From contig JAZNIK010000028.1 of assembly GCA_045577495.1 (NCBI GenBank), positions 865 to 64,864 on the forward strand: a stretch of 64,000 nucleotides of DNA, given 5' to 3'. Position 1 is the stretch's first letter, and each line of letters starts with the position of its first letter. The stretch is from Acutalibacteraceae bacterium. Lineage in GTDB: Bacteria; Bacillota; Clostridia; Oscillospirales; Acutalibacteraceae. The notes beneath the pieces were generated by a model that made no database searches, had not been told where the DNA came from, and saw nothing but the letters and a program-made list of their open reading frames with translations. The position numbers and the translations under genes were made by a program. Below are positions 36,035 through 46,085 of this stretch, piece after piece.

Positions 36035-36823
36035 ATGGCAAAAGTAACCCTATTAACATACACTACAGACCCTGAGCGTACCGTTGCCTCGGCGGCAAAG
36101 CTTTGTTATTCTGCATCGGATATTGCATCTATTAAGGATGGTCTTACCGAGGAAAAAACTGCATCGTTTGTTGAAATGCTTTCCGAAATCGGTCACGAAA
36201 GCCCGATTGAACACGCCTCTTTTACATTTGGTATTGAGGGTGTTTCGCGTTCTTTGTTAGCACAAATCACAAGGCATAGAATTGCATCGTTTTCTGTTCA
36301 AAGCCAACGCTATGTAAAGGAAAATAATTTTTCTTTTGTGACACCTCCTGCCATTGCAGAGGATAGTGAGGCATTAATGCTTTATAACGACTCCATGAAA
36401 GCGGCGGAGGATGCTTATCATGCAATCGCAGATAAACTCGCATCACGCTATTTAAAGGAAATGCTTGATGAAGGTTTAGATGAAAAAACAGCTCGCAGAA
36501 ATTCCGAGAAAAAAGCAATTGAGGATGCCAGATTTGTTTTGCCAAACGCTTGTGAAACAAAGATGGTTATGACAATAAATGCAAGAAGTCTTATGAACTT
36601 TTTCCGTCATCGTTGCTGTAACCGCGCCCAGTGGGAGATTCGCGATGTTGCAGACCAAATGTTAGCACTAGTAAGCGAAATTGCACCTAATTTATTTAAA
36701 ACTGCGGGTCCACCTTGTGTTTGCGGTGGTTGTCCCGAGGGTAAAATGACCTGTGGTATGGCGGCAGAGGTTAGAGAAAGATATAAATCTATGCGCAAAA
36801 CTTTTGGTGGGAGCGATAAATAA
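36035..36823 (+). CDS. thyX: FAD-dependent thymidylate synthase
   Basis: ThyX motif RHRIASFSVQSQRY. Confidence 0.92.
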   Translation: MAKVTLLTYTTDPERTVASAAKLCYSASDIASIKDGLTEEKTASFVEMLSEIGHESPIEHASFTFGIEGVSRSLLAQITRHRIASFSVQSQRYVKENNFSFVTPPAIAEDSEALMLYNDSMKAAEDAYHAIADKLASRYLKEMLDEGLDEKTARRNSEKKAIEDARFVLPNACETKMVMTINARSLMNFFRHRCCNRAQWEIRDVADQMLALVSEIAPNLFKTAGPPCVCGGCPEGKMTCGMAAEVRERYKSMRKTFGGSDK

Positions 36824-36826
36824 AAA

Positions 36827-37492
36827 ATGGGTAGGTTAATCGTTTTAGAGGGACTTGATGGTTCCGGTAAATCAACTCAATTAGAACTTTTAGAAAAAAC
36901 TTTAAGTGATAAAGGCTTTGATTTTAAAACAGTATCATTTCCCGAATATACTTTACCATCCTGTGAACCCGTAAAAATGTATCTTTCGGGCGAGTTTGGT
37001 GATAAACCTAGCGATGTTAACGCATATGCTGCCTCGGTTTTGTATGCGGTTGATAGATTTGCAAGTTTTAAAAAGCATTGGGAAGAATTTTATAATAAAG
37101 GCGGTATAATTCTTGCAGGAAGATATACAACCTCTAATGCTATTCATCAAACCTCAAAACTTCCCGAATCTGAGTGGGATAGTTATTTGGATTGGTTATA
37201 TCAACTCGAGTTTGAGCGTATTGGTATTCCAAAGCCCGATAAGGTTATTTATTTGAATGTTCCTGTTGAGGCATCGCAACGCCTTTTGTCAAACAGATAT
37301 GAGGGTGATGAAACAAAAAAAGATATTCACGAGCGTGATGTTGAATATTTAATGCATTGTCACAAAGCGGCAGAATTTGCAGTAAAAAGACTTGGTTGGC
37401 AAAAGGTTGAGTGTTACTCCGATGGCTCAATGAGAACAAGAGAAAGTATAGCAGAAGAAATTTTAAATCTTGTTTTACCACTTTTTGATTAA
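36827..37492 (+). CDS. tmk: Thymidylate kinase
   Basis: LIVLEGLDGSGKSTQ P-loop, 221 aa, next to thyX. Confidence 0.85.
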   Translation: MGRLIVLEGLDGSGKSTQLELLEKTLSDKGFDFKTVSFPEYTLPSCEPVKMYLSGEFGDKPSDVNAYAASVLYAVDRFASFKKHWEEFYNKGGIILAGRYTTSNAIHQTSKLPESEWDSYLDWLYQLEFERIGIPKPDKVIYLNVPVEASQRLLSNRYEGDETKKDIHERDVEYLMHCHKAAEFAVKRLGWQKVECYSDGSMRTRESIAEEILNLVLPLFD

Positions 37493-37517
37493 ATTTTCAA
37501 ATATTTGGAGAAATGTT

Positions 37518-38063
37518 ATGATATATGTATTTTTGGCAGAAGGCTTTGAAGAAACTGAAGCAATCGCTCCGATAGATATACTTAGAAGAGCAGAATTAGA
37601 GGTAGCTATTGTAGGTGTAGGTCGTAAGGTTGTTACAGGTTCGCACGGAATTTCGGTTACTGCAGACGTAATCGACTGTGAAATTATGCCTGATGAAAAC
37701 TGCGATGCTATTATTTTACCAGGCGGTATGCCCGGTACTTTAAATTTAGAAAAAAGCGCAACAGTTCAAAAGTTTATTGACTATGCGGTAGAAAATAACC
37801 TTATTATTGGTGCTATTTGTGCCGCACCCTCTATTTTGGGGCATAAAGGAATATTACAAAATAAAAAAGCAGTTTGCTATGATGGTTTTGAAACTCAATT
37901 ATTTGGCGCCGAGGTTCCAAATAAACGAGTTTGCTGTGATGGTAATATAATAACTGCCATTGGCGCGGGCGCGGCGTTAGAGTTTGGTATTGCTTTAGCC
38001 GACGCTTTAGGTAATACTTCAGTGGCAAATAAAATAAAGGACTCTATGAAATGCATCCAATAG
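37518..38063 (+). CDS. DJ-1/PfpI family protein
   Basis: MIYVFLAEGFEETE... with nucleophile elbow AICAAP. ATG 37518 lies 7 nt after GGAG; the track start is 37470. Confidence 0.85.
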   Translation: MIYVFLAEGFEETEAIAPIDILRRAELEVAIVGVGRKVVTGSHGISVTADVIDCEIMPDENCDAIILPGGMPGTLNLEKSATVQKFIDYAVENNLIIGAICAAPSILGHKGILQNKKAVCYDGFETQLFGAEVPNKRVCCDGNIITAIGAGAALEFGIALADALGNTSVANKIKDSMKCIQ

Positions 38064-38665
38064 ATATAAGAAAGTATAAAATAGAGCTTAGAGAATATTG
38101 TCGAGCCTATCGTAAGGGGCTTAATCCCGAGGATAAAAAAGAAATGGATTTTCAAATCTCTGAGCGCGTTAAAAAACTCTATCAATATAGGGCGGCAAAA
38201 GTGATAATGGTTTATGTTTCAACTTCTATTGAGGTTGATACTATGCGTATAATTGAAAATGCCTGGAAAGATGGCAAACAGGTTGCAGTTCCAAGGTGTA
38301 TTCCTCAAACAAGGCAGATGGAATTTCACTATATAACTTCGTTTGACCAACTAACACCCGGCAGTTTTTCTGTGCTAGAGCCACCTGCACATTATCCTGT
38401 TGTTACCGATTTTAGTAATGCCTTGATGCTTGTACCAGGTTTTAATTTTGACTTTTTTGGTTACAGATTAGGTTATGGCAAGGGCTATTATGATCGCTAT
38501 ATGTCGCGTTATAATGGTGCCGCAGTTGGTCTTTGCTATTCTACAGAACTTAGACCGCATATGTATCACGGCAGATATGATAGAGCTGTTGATACCGTTG
38601 TTAGCGAAAAATGGATAAGAAGATGCAAAAAGCAGATATCTAAAAAGAGGGTAGGAGGAAGATAG
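38051..38665 (+). CDS. 5-formyltetrahydrofolate cyclo-ligase
   Basis: About 200 aa with a C-terminal GYGKGYYDR motif. It overlaps the upstream gene by 13 nt. Confidence 0.8.
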   Translation: MHPIDIRKYKIELREYCRAYRKGLNPEDKKEMDFQISERVKKLYQYRAAKVIMVYVSTSIEVDTMRIIENAWKDGKQVAVPRCIPQTRQMEFHYITSFDQLTPGSFSVLEPPAHYPVVTDFSNALMLVPGFNFDFFGYRLGYGKGYYDRYMSRYNGAAVGLCYSTELRPHMYHGRYDRAVDTVVSEKWIRRCKKQISKKRVGGR

Positions 38666-38666
38666 T

Positions 38667-39899
38667 ATGAGCGATGAAATTAAAATCAATGATAATTCTG
38701 AGCAAAATATCGCTGAGGCGAAAGATGTTTTTGCTAAAGTAAACGATGATTTTGATTATTTGCTTGGTGCCGAAAACGGCTTTTCGTTTCAAGAACCCGA
38801 AACCTCTGATGATTATACTGTGGCAACTAAAAGAAAAGCTAATCCAAAGGCAAAACATATAAAAAAAGCGGCAGTTCGTAGTGCCAAAACGGTTATTTGG
38901 TTTGTTACTATTTTAGTTATTTCTGTTGTTTTGGCATTTTCAATAATACTTTTTGCGGCGGAATATTTAGGTATTGGATTTAATAAAGGCAATGAGTGTA
39001 CCGTTGAGATTTCAAAGGGTATGTCTACTGCACAAATTGCTACTGAACTTAAAAATCAAAATGCCATTTCCAGCTCTTTTATGTTTAGGGTTTATAGCAG
39101 ACTTGCAGGCTTTGATGGCTCGTATGAGTATGGTGTTTATACCTTTACAAATGAGCTTGGTTATGAAGATTTAGCAAAAATGTTACAAACTGAGGGTGCA
39201 AAGGCATCATCGGTGAAGGTTACTATTCCTGAACAAGCAAACATTGATGATATTATGAATTTGCTTGAGAAAAACGGCGTTTGCACTAAATCTGATTTTA
39301 GAAACGCGGTTAGAAACGGAAAATATGATTTTGATTTTGTTAAGGAAATACCCACTCAAGAGGTTTATTATAAGTTTGAGGGCTATCTGTTCCCTGATAC
39401 CTACGAGTTCTATAATTATGATTCAAAAGAGTGTGCAGAACTTGCAATCAGAAAGATGCTTCAAAATACTGCAAATAGGCTTACAGATGAGGTTAGAGCA
39501 AAGATTAAACAAACTGGATATTCAATCCACGATATATTAACAATGGCATCAATAATTGAGCTTGAAGCAAGTGCAAAGCACGATGAAATGCCAAATGTAT
39601 CTGCTGTTTTTTATAATCGTTTGAATTGGGATGAACCAAAGTTTTTAGGCTCATCACCAACAATTGATTATCCTTATGGTAATGGCAGATATAACACAAA
39701 TATTCACGAGGGCTTACCGCCTGGACCACTTTGTTCTCCTAGTGAGGATGCTATTTTAGCGGCGGTTTCACCGTCTGAAAATTTTTCTGCAACATATTTT
39801 GTTACCGATAGCGAAATGAAATTCTATTATAATAATTCATTATCTGCTCATCAACAAACTATTGCAAAATTAAAACAACAAGGAAAATGGTTAGGTTAA
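38667..39899 (+). CDS. mltG: Endolytic murein transglycosylase MltG (YceG-like)
   Basis: Single N-terminal TM, FEGYLFPDTYEF, ASIIELEA, and YNTNIHEGLPPGPLCSPS. Confidence 0.88.
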   Translation: MSDEIKINDNSEQNIAEAKDVFAKVNDDFDYLLGAENGFSFQEPETSDDYTVATKRKANPKAKHIKKAAVRSAKTVIWFVTILVISVVLAFSIILFAAEYLGIGFNKGNECTVEISKGMSTAQIATELKNQNAISSSFMFRVYSRLAGFDGSYEYGVYTFTNELGYEDLAKMLQTEGAKASSVKVTIPEQANIDDIMNLLEKNGVCTKSDFRNAVRNGKYDFDFVKEIPTQEVYYKFEGYLFPDTYEFYNYDSKECAELAIRKMLQNTANRLTDEVRAKIKQTGYSIHDILTMASIIELEASAKHDEMPNVSAVFYNRLNWDEPKFLGSSPTIDYPYGNGRYNTNIHEGLPPGPLCSPSEDAILAAVSPSENFSATYFVTDSEMKFYYNNSLSAHQQTIAKLKQQGKWLG

Positions 39900-39924
39900 T
39901 CAAAAAAACGGGGGCAAATTTTCA

Positions 39925-41148
39925 ATGAAAAAAATTCCTGAGCTTCTTGCACCATCAGGAGATATCACAAGATTAAAGGCGGCAGTGTCATTCGGCGCTG
40001 ACGCCGTTTACCTTGCTGGGCAAGAATTTGGTATGCGGACTGCGGCATCTAACTTCTCAAAAGAGGATTTAATTGAGGGTGTAGAATACGCACATAAAAA
40101 TAATGTTAAAGTTCATGTAACCTGTAACACAATTCCCCATAACGACGAAATTAAACGTCTACCTGAGTATTTAGAGTATCTGAATTCTATCGGTGTAGAT
40201 GCGATTATCGCATCAGATTTGGGCACAATGAAGCTTGTTATAAAACATGCTCCTAACACCGAACTTCACGTATCGGTTCAGTCGGGCATTGTTAATTTTG
40301 ATACAGCAAATGCCTTTTTTGAAATGGGAGCAAAAAGGGTTGTGTTGGCTCGCGAACTTTCATTAGATGAGGTTGCAGAAATTCGCCAAAAGACCGACCC
40401 TAAACTTGAACTTGAAGCCTTTGCTCACGGTGCAATGTGTGTATCATTTTCTGCGCGGTGTCTTCTTTCAAGCTATATGACAGGTCGTGATGCAAATAGG
40501 GGAGACTGTGCTCAACCTTGTAGGTGGAGTTATGCTCTTGTTGAGGAAAAACGACCTGGTCAATATTTTCCCGTTGAGGAAACCGAAAAAGGTACATACA
40601 TTTTAAACGCTAATGATTTGTGTATGGCACCATATTTGGATAAAATGATTGAAGCAGGTATTGATAGCATTAAACTAGAGGGTAGAGCAAAATCTCATTA
40701 CTATACTGCGGCGGTCACAAACGCTTATAGAATGGCTTTAGATAGCATTAAAAACTGTAAAACAGATAATTGGGTTTTACCCGATTATGCGGCAGATGAA
40801 CTAAATAAAATTAGCCATAGAGGTTATTCTACAGGCTTTTATTTTGGCAAACCCGAAAACTCTCAAACCTATGAAAATGCAGGTTATGTTAGGGATTATG
40901 CCGTTGCGGCGGTTGTAACGGGTTATGAAGATGGCAATATTATCTGTGAAATGAAAAACAAATTTGCCCTTGGCACTAGACTTGATTGTTTGGAGCCTCG
41001 CGGTATTCCGTTCGAATTTACTGTTGATAAAATGTATGATGAAAAGGGTGAGTCAATCGAGGTTGCGCGTCACCCAACAATGATACTAAAAATACCTTTT
41101 GAGCGCGAGGTTAAATCAGGTGCGCTACTTCGTATGAAAAGCGACTAA
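39925..41148 (+). CDS. Peptidase U32 family protein (the family now linked to RNA hydroxylation)
   Basis: EAFAHGAMCVSFSARCLLS...RDANRGDCAQPCRW. The position downstream of mltG is the conserved Firmicute arrangement. Confidence 0.85.
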   Translation: MKKIPELLAPSGDITRLKAAVSFGADAVYLAGQEFGMRTAASNFSKEDLIEGVEYAHKNNVKVHVTCNTIPHNDEIKRLPEYLEYLNSIGVDAIIASDLGTMKLVIKHAPNTELHVSVQSGIVNFDTANAFFEMGAKRVVLARELSLDEVAEIRQKTDPKLELEAFAHGAMCVSFSARCLLSSYMTGRDANRGDCAQPCRWSYALVEEKRPGQYFPVEETEKGTYILNANDLCMAPYLDKMIEAGIDSIKLEGRAKSHYYTAAVTNAYRMALDSIKNCKTDNWVLPDYAADELNKISHRGYSTGFYFGKPENSQTYENAGYVRDYAVAAVVTGYEDGNIICEMKNKFALGTRLDCLEPRGIPFEFTVDKMYDEKGESIEVARHPTMILKIPFEREVKSGALLRMKSD

Positions 41149-41169
41149 TGATTAGCGTGGTGAGTATAA

Positions 41170-42672
41170 ATGGTTAAACTAAAAAAACGGTATTCTGCCG
41201 TATTGATGAGCATTTCCTCTTTACCATCAAAATATGGTATAGGTGGTTTTGGCGAGGAAACAGAGAAATTCATTAAATTTATAAAAGATGCTAACTTTTC
41301 TGCGTTGCAGGTTTTGCCCTTTAATCTACCCGATTATGGCAATTCACCATATGGAAGTTGCTCTGCATTTGCGGGAAACTATCTTTACATTGACCCAAAA
41401 AGATTATATGAGATAGGCTATTTAACTCTTGATGAGCTTCAGGCATGTGAGTATAATGGCTCGCCGTTTACTGTCGATTATGAATTTGTTTTAAAAACAA
41501 AAAAACAGATGCTTATAAAGGCTTTTGATAGAGCTATGCCGCTTATTGAAAATGATTTGCAAAAATTTGCAGATGATAATTCGTGGGCAGTTGATTATGC
41601 ACTGTTTATGGCAATAAAGGATAAAAATAAGGGTGCTTGTTGGCAGAATTGGTGTGAAGATGAAAGAGATTATAAGATTGCCTTTTCAAATTATGATAAA
41701 TATAAAAATATTGCTAGTTTCTACCTTTTTGAGCAATATATTTTTTCATTGCAATATAAAGCTATAAAAGACTATGCCGAACAATTAGGCATTGCAATAA
41801 TTGGCGATATACCTATATATGTTGCAGATGATAGCGTAGATGTTTGGAAAAACCCAAGACTATTTTCTCTAAATGAGGATTTTTCTAAAAAAGAGGTTGC
41901 AGGTGTTCCGCCTGATGATTTTTCAAAAGACGGTCAACTTTGGGGGAATCCTGTTTATGCATGGGATGAACATAAAAATGAGGGTTTTAGTTGGTGGCTA
42001 TCCCGTATGGAACGTACCTTAGAACTGTATGACATTGTTAGAATTGACCATTTTAGAGGCTTTGCATCATACTATTCAATTTCGGCAGATGCATTAGATG
42101 CTAAAAATGGTGTATGGAAAAAAGGCCCCGATACCGAGCTTTTTGATTTAATTTTACAAAAGTTTGATAAAGATAGAATTATCGCAGAGGATTTAGGAAC
42201 CTATTCAAAGGATGTTGCAGAACTATTAGAGGCTACGGGCATTAAAGGTATGCGTGTTGTTCAGTTTGGTTTTTCGGGTGGCGATAGCACCCATTTGCCA
42301 CATAATTATCCACAAAACTCTGTTGCTTATGTTGGAACGCACGATAATAACACTCTGCTTGGTTGGATATGGGATATGAACGATGCACAAAGAAAATACG
42401 CACTTGATTATTGTGGTTTTAAGGGTGCTGATTGGGGAGAGGGAGGATATTATAGCCAATCCTGCCGAGCAATAATTGAAACAGTATGGAAAACCTCCGC
42501 CAGTATCTCGGTTATTCCTTTTCAAGATTTGTGTGGATTTGGCTCTGATGCCAGAATGAATATTCCGGGTGTACCTAAGGATAATTGGCGTTATAGAACG
42601 ACATTTCAGACCATTGAACAAATTGATATTGAGTATTTTAAATACATAAACAAGTTATATTATAGAAACTAA
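41170..42672 (+). CDS. malQ: 4-alpha-glucanotransferase (GH77 amylomaltase)
   Basis: 500 aa. LPSKYGIGGFG, VRIDHFRGF, GDIPIYV, and GTHDNNT. Confidence 0.88.
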   Translation: MVKLKKRYSAVLMSISSLPSKYGIGGFGEETEKFIKFIKDANFSALQVLPFNLPDYGNSPYGSCSAFAGNYLYIDPKRLYEIGYLTLDELQACEYNGSPFTVDYEFVLKTKKQMLIKAFDRAMPLIENDLQKFADDNSWAVDYALFMAIKDKNKGACWQNWCEDERDYKIAFSNYDKYKNIASFYLFEQYIFSLQYKAIKDYAEQLGIAIIGDIPIYVADDSVDVWKNPRLFSLNEDFSKKEVAGVPPDDFSKDGQLWGNPVYAWDEHKNEGFSWWLSRMERTLELYDIVRIDHFRGFASYYSISADALDAKNGVWKKGPDTELFDLILQKFDKDRIIAEDLGTYSKDVAELLEATGIKGMRVVQFGFSGGDSTHLPHNYPQNSVAYVGTHDNNTLLGWIWDMNDAQRKYALDYCGFKGADWGEGGYYSQSCRAIIETVWKTSASISVIPFQDLCGFGSDARMNIPGVPKDNWRYRTTFQTIEQIDIEYFKYINKLYYRN

Positions 42673-42720
42673 TTTTGATTAAAGTTTCTCATTTAGTACA
42701 CACTAAAAAAGGTGATATAA

Positions 42721-44313
42721 ATGAGAAACTTTTTTTATACCTTTCAAATAAGGTGTATAATTTCTTTAAGCATTATAACCGCCATGATGCTTATTTGCAT
42801 CGTTAGGGTTATAAATATAAATTCTGATGAGAGGCTTGCGACAAACACTACTAACACAGTAACTGTTGATTTACAGAAAAAAAGGGGAGATATTTACTTT
42901 AGTAATGGAGAGAATATAACATCATCTGAGGAAAAGTATGCCACTGTTTTTTTGCCTACCGAATCTGCAATTATTGAGTTTTCAAAATTGGCGGTGGGTC
43001 AGCAGAAAAAATCAGGGCTTGAAAAACTAAGCAACAAAAAACCGACGGTTTTAATAAATAAAACACCTGTTGATGCGTTAGGTGTTTATAAATATAAAAT
43101 AAAAGAAAGATATTCGAATGTGTTTTCATTAGAGCATATTTTAGGATATGTTGATAATACAAATCACGGTTGTATGGGACTTGAAAAAGCGTATGATGAC
43201 CTGCTTTTTAGTGATGGTGATTTTAGCGTTTCTTTCGAGTGTGATGCTTCGGGAGAGTTCTTGTTAGGCGGTGAGCCTATTGTAAACAACGAGGCTAACG
43301 AAAACGGACTTTTTTTAACCATAGATAAAAAAATTCAAAGCATAGCAGAAAATGCTTTTGAAGATATAAAAAAAGGCGCGGTTGTAATAACAGAAGTAAA
43401 AAGTGGAAAAATTAAAGGTATGGTTAGCAAACCGAGTTTTGATATAAATAATCTATCAGAATATATAAATCAAAAAGATTCTCCATTTTTAAATAGAGTG
43501 TTGTCGGCATATAGTGTAGGCTCGGTTTTCAAACCACTTGTTGCGGCAACAATGCTTGAAACGGGTAATGGTAATTTTGTGCATAACTGTAGCGGATATA
43601 GTGAGTTTTTAGGCCTTAGGTTTTACTGTAACAATCATAACGGTCACGGAAAAATGAATTTAAATGAAGCGTTAAAACTGTCCTGTAACACCTATTTTTA
43701 TAATGGCGCACAAAGAGTAAAAAGTAGTGATTTAAGTACAATGGCGGCGGCATTTGGGTTTGGTAATAAACTAAAGATAGCGGATTCTATTTATACACAA
43801 GCGGGTAGTATAACGCCAAATGAACAGTTAAAAAAGTCCTCTGCCTCTGTTGCCAATTTTGCTATCGGGCAAGGCAATATTGCGTTATCACCACTTGTAA
43901 TAAGCAATCTTTATTCGGCAATCGCAAATGATGGAGCTTATTATGAGCCAACCATTATAGAGGGGATAAAAACAAATCAAGGGTACGAAAAAGGAGAACC
44001 GGGTCAAAAAAATATTGTTTTTTCAAAGGCAACGGCGGCGGTTTTAAAAGAGGCGTTGATAGATACGGTGGAAATGGGAACAGGTACATCCGCAAAGCCT
44101 GATTTTTATGGTGCGGGAGGAAAAACCGCAACCGCCCAAACAGGTCAATATGAAAAAGGAAAAGAGATTTTAAACGCTTGGTTTTGTGGCTTTTTTCCCG
44201 CAAAAGAGCCTAAATATGTTATTGTTATAATGCTTGAAAATGCATCTTCGGGCGGTAATGATTGTGCACCGATTTTTAAAAAAATCGCAGATAATATTTC
44301 ATTATTAGGGTGA
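42721..44313 (+). CDS. Class B penicillin-binding protein (PBP2/SpoVD-type transpeptidase)
   Basis: N-terminal TM, SxxK (SVFK), SxN (SCN), and a third motif that reads KTA instead of KTG. Confidence 0.8.
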   Translation: MRNFFYTFQIRCIISLSIITAMMLICIVRVININSDERLATNTTNTVTVDLQKKRGDIYFSNGENITSSEEKYATVFLPTESAIIEFSKLAVGQQKKSGLEKLSNKKPTVLINKTPVDALGVYKYKIKERYSNVFSLEHILGYVDNTNHGCMGLEKAYDDLLFSDGDFSVSFECDASGEFLLGGEPIVNNEANENGLFLTIDKKIQSIAENAFEDIKKGAVVITEVKSGKIKGMVSKPSFDINNLSEYINQKDSPFLNRVLSAYSVGSVFKPLVAATMLETGNGNFVHNCSGYSEFLGLRFYCNNHNGHGKMNLNEALKLSCNTYFYNGAQRVKSSDLSTMAAAFGFGNKLKIADSIYTQAGSITPNEQLKKSSASVANFAIGQGNIALSPLVISNLYSAIANDGAYYEPTIIEGIKTNQGYEKGEPGQKNIVFSKATAAVLKEALIDTVEMGTGTSAKPDFYGAGGKTATAQTGQYEKGKEILNAWFCGFFPAKEPKYVIVIMLENASSGGNDCAPIFKKIADNISLLG

Positions 44314-44338
44314 AAAATAATATTTTTCAAAAAAGTAC

Positions 44339-44367
44339 TTGCAAAAATTTTAAAACTATGGTATCAT
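44339..44367 (+). promoter_or_regulatory. Sigma-A promoter of secG
   Basis: TTGCAA (44339-44344), 17 nt, TATCAT (44362-44367), with TG at 44359-44360. Confidence 0.55.
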
Positions 44368-44402
44368 ATTTGCCGTGAAATGTTAAAAAAAGGAGCATTG
44401 TT

Positions 44403-44651
44403 ATGGCAGTATTAGAAATTGTTATCGGTGCAATTATTTTACTTCTTTCGTTAGTAATTATCTTTGTTGTTATTATGCAAGAGGGTCATCGTTCTGGTAT
44501 CAATGGCGCTATTTCCGGTGGTGCAGATACATTTTTGTCTAAAAATAAAGCTAGAACTGTTGATGCATTTTTGGCTCGTTGGACCAAATACATTGCTATT
44601 GCATTTTTTGTTTTAACAATTGTTGCTAACTTTATTGCACTTAAAAAGTAA
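44403..44651 (+). CDS. secG: Preprotein translocase subunit SecG
   Basis: 82 aa with two TM segments and the loop QEGHRSGINGAISGGADTF. Confidence 0.85.
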   Translation: MAVLEIVIGAIILLLSLVIIFVVIMQEGHRSGINGAISGGADTFLSKNKARTVDAFLARWTKYIAIAFFVLTIVANFIALKK

Positions 44652-44666
44652 AAAAGCTTATGTATA

Positions 44667-44703
44667 AAAAAAGCTCTCTACCGTTTTGGTAGAGAGCTTT
44701 TTG
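44667..44703. terminator. Bidirectional terminator between secG and tmcAL
   Basis: 13-bp stem AAAGCTCTCTACC / GGTAGAGAGCTTT with an A-run before and a T-run after. Confidence 0.85.
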
Positions 44704-44707
44704 ACAT

Positions 44708-45898
44708 TTAAAAGGTTTTAAAAAGTTTATTTGTATATTCTGTTTTACCGCCAACAGGTCGTTGAAGTGACAGGGAATATATATCTCCAGCTCTTACTTC
44801 AAGTCTTGCAAGCTCGGCTGCGCTTGAACTGATTTTTTCTGCCTCTTTTAATGAAGAAATTAGTGGGACTTTTGAAAGTTTTGCGGCGGTTGACAATACC
44901 TTTGCGCCTTTTTCAGTCATACCCAAAACTCTAATGTAGGGAACAGGTTGCTTTTGCAGGTTTGAGGTCACCCCCAAATATGAGGCTAAAATTATTCGTC
45001 TTAGTCTGGCATGAGTATAACGTTTTGATTTAACCGCACTTAAAATTTCTTCAAGAGTTGAAAATTCGTTAGCTGCCGAAATTATGCGGTTTTCAAGCCC
45101 CTCAGAAACATCGGGAACATCTCTTAATTTTTCTGCAGTTTGGGTTCTAAGATGTGCTACCATTGCTCTATCAAGTAAATACGTGCTTGAATAGTGCTTT
45201 TCGTTTACCTCTTGTGCAAAAATTTCAAACGCTTCTTTTGTCATATAATTTATTTTTCTGTCAAGCAAGGTGGGGGCTTTTCTAAGCTCTGATGCGCTAC
45301 AAAAAGTATCGGTTTTTACTGAACTATCATGACTCGTTCCAATGCGTTTAATTGCCTCAAAATCAACCGACATTTTAAGTCGCTCGGCGGCAAGAATATA
45401 CTCAACCGCAAGAGTATCATTAGGATTATTTAAAATACTTGTATTGTTTTGCAAGGATAATTTTTCTACGGCTGTTTGACGCGCTGCCGCAAAAGTTACA
45501 CCTTTTGCGAGTTCGGCTTTTAATATTGGGTGTAGATTTGGATTGCTTAATACTGCGGCAACTGATTTTAAAGAGGAGATTGAGCCACATTCACTACCAA
45601 AGCAGATGGTATCAACAACGCCAAGACTGTTTAAAATATCAACCGCACCTGATGCGAAATACATAGCAGTAGAAATACTATATGGCAACGGCAACTCTAA
45701 AACAAGGTCAACACCGCTAAGAATGGCTGCTTTGGTACGAGCAAATTTTGATATTATTGATGGCTCGCCGCGTTGAACAAAGTTGCCGCTCATAACTGCT
45801 ACAATTGCTGTATCATTTTTGGCTTTTACGGTATCTACTAAATGCTTGTGCCCGTTATGGAAAGGATTGAATTCGGCGATGGTGCCATAAATCTTCAA
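44708..45898 (-). CDS. tmcAL: tRNA(Met) cytidine acetate ligase (YlbM/UPF0348 nucleotidyltransferase)
   Basis: MKIYGTIAEFNPFHNGHKHLV, about 396 aa. Confidence 0.8.
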   Translation of the reverse strand: MKIYGTIAEFNPFHNGHKHLVDTVKAKNDTAIVAVMSGNFVQRGEPSIISKFARTKAAILSGVDLVLELPLPYSISTAMYFASGAVDILNSLGVVDTICFGSECGSISSLKSVAAVLSNPNLHPILKAELAKGVTFAAARQTAVEKLSLQNNTSILNNPNDTLAVEYILAAERLKMSVDFEAIKRIGTSHDSSVKTDTFCSASELRKAPTLLDRKINYMTKEAFEIFAQEVNEKHYSSTYLLDRAMVAHLRTQTAEKLRDVPDVSEGLENRIISAANEFSTLEEILSAVKSKRYTHARLRRIILASYLGVTSNLQKQPVPYIRVLGMTEKGAKVLSTAAKLSKVPLISSLKEAEKISSSAAELARLEVRAGDIYSLSLQRPVGGKTEYTNKLFKTF

Positions 45899-46085
45899 AA
45901 AATCACCTACTTTACGGTATTTTCGTTAAAATAACACTTGAAAAAATATGTAAAATATTGTATTATATTTTAATATAGGACCTGTATGTTTTTATAGTAT
46001 TATAATTATAATACAACACTTGTAAAAAAGGTTCAATAGTTTTTTAAAAATTTGTCACTTTAGTGGCGGAATGGAGTCGGATAAA

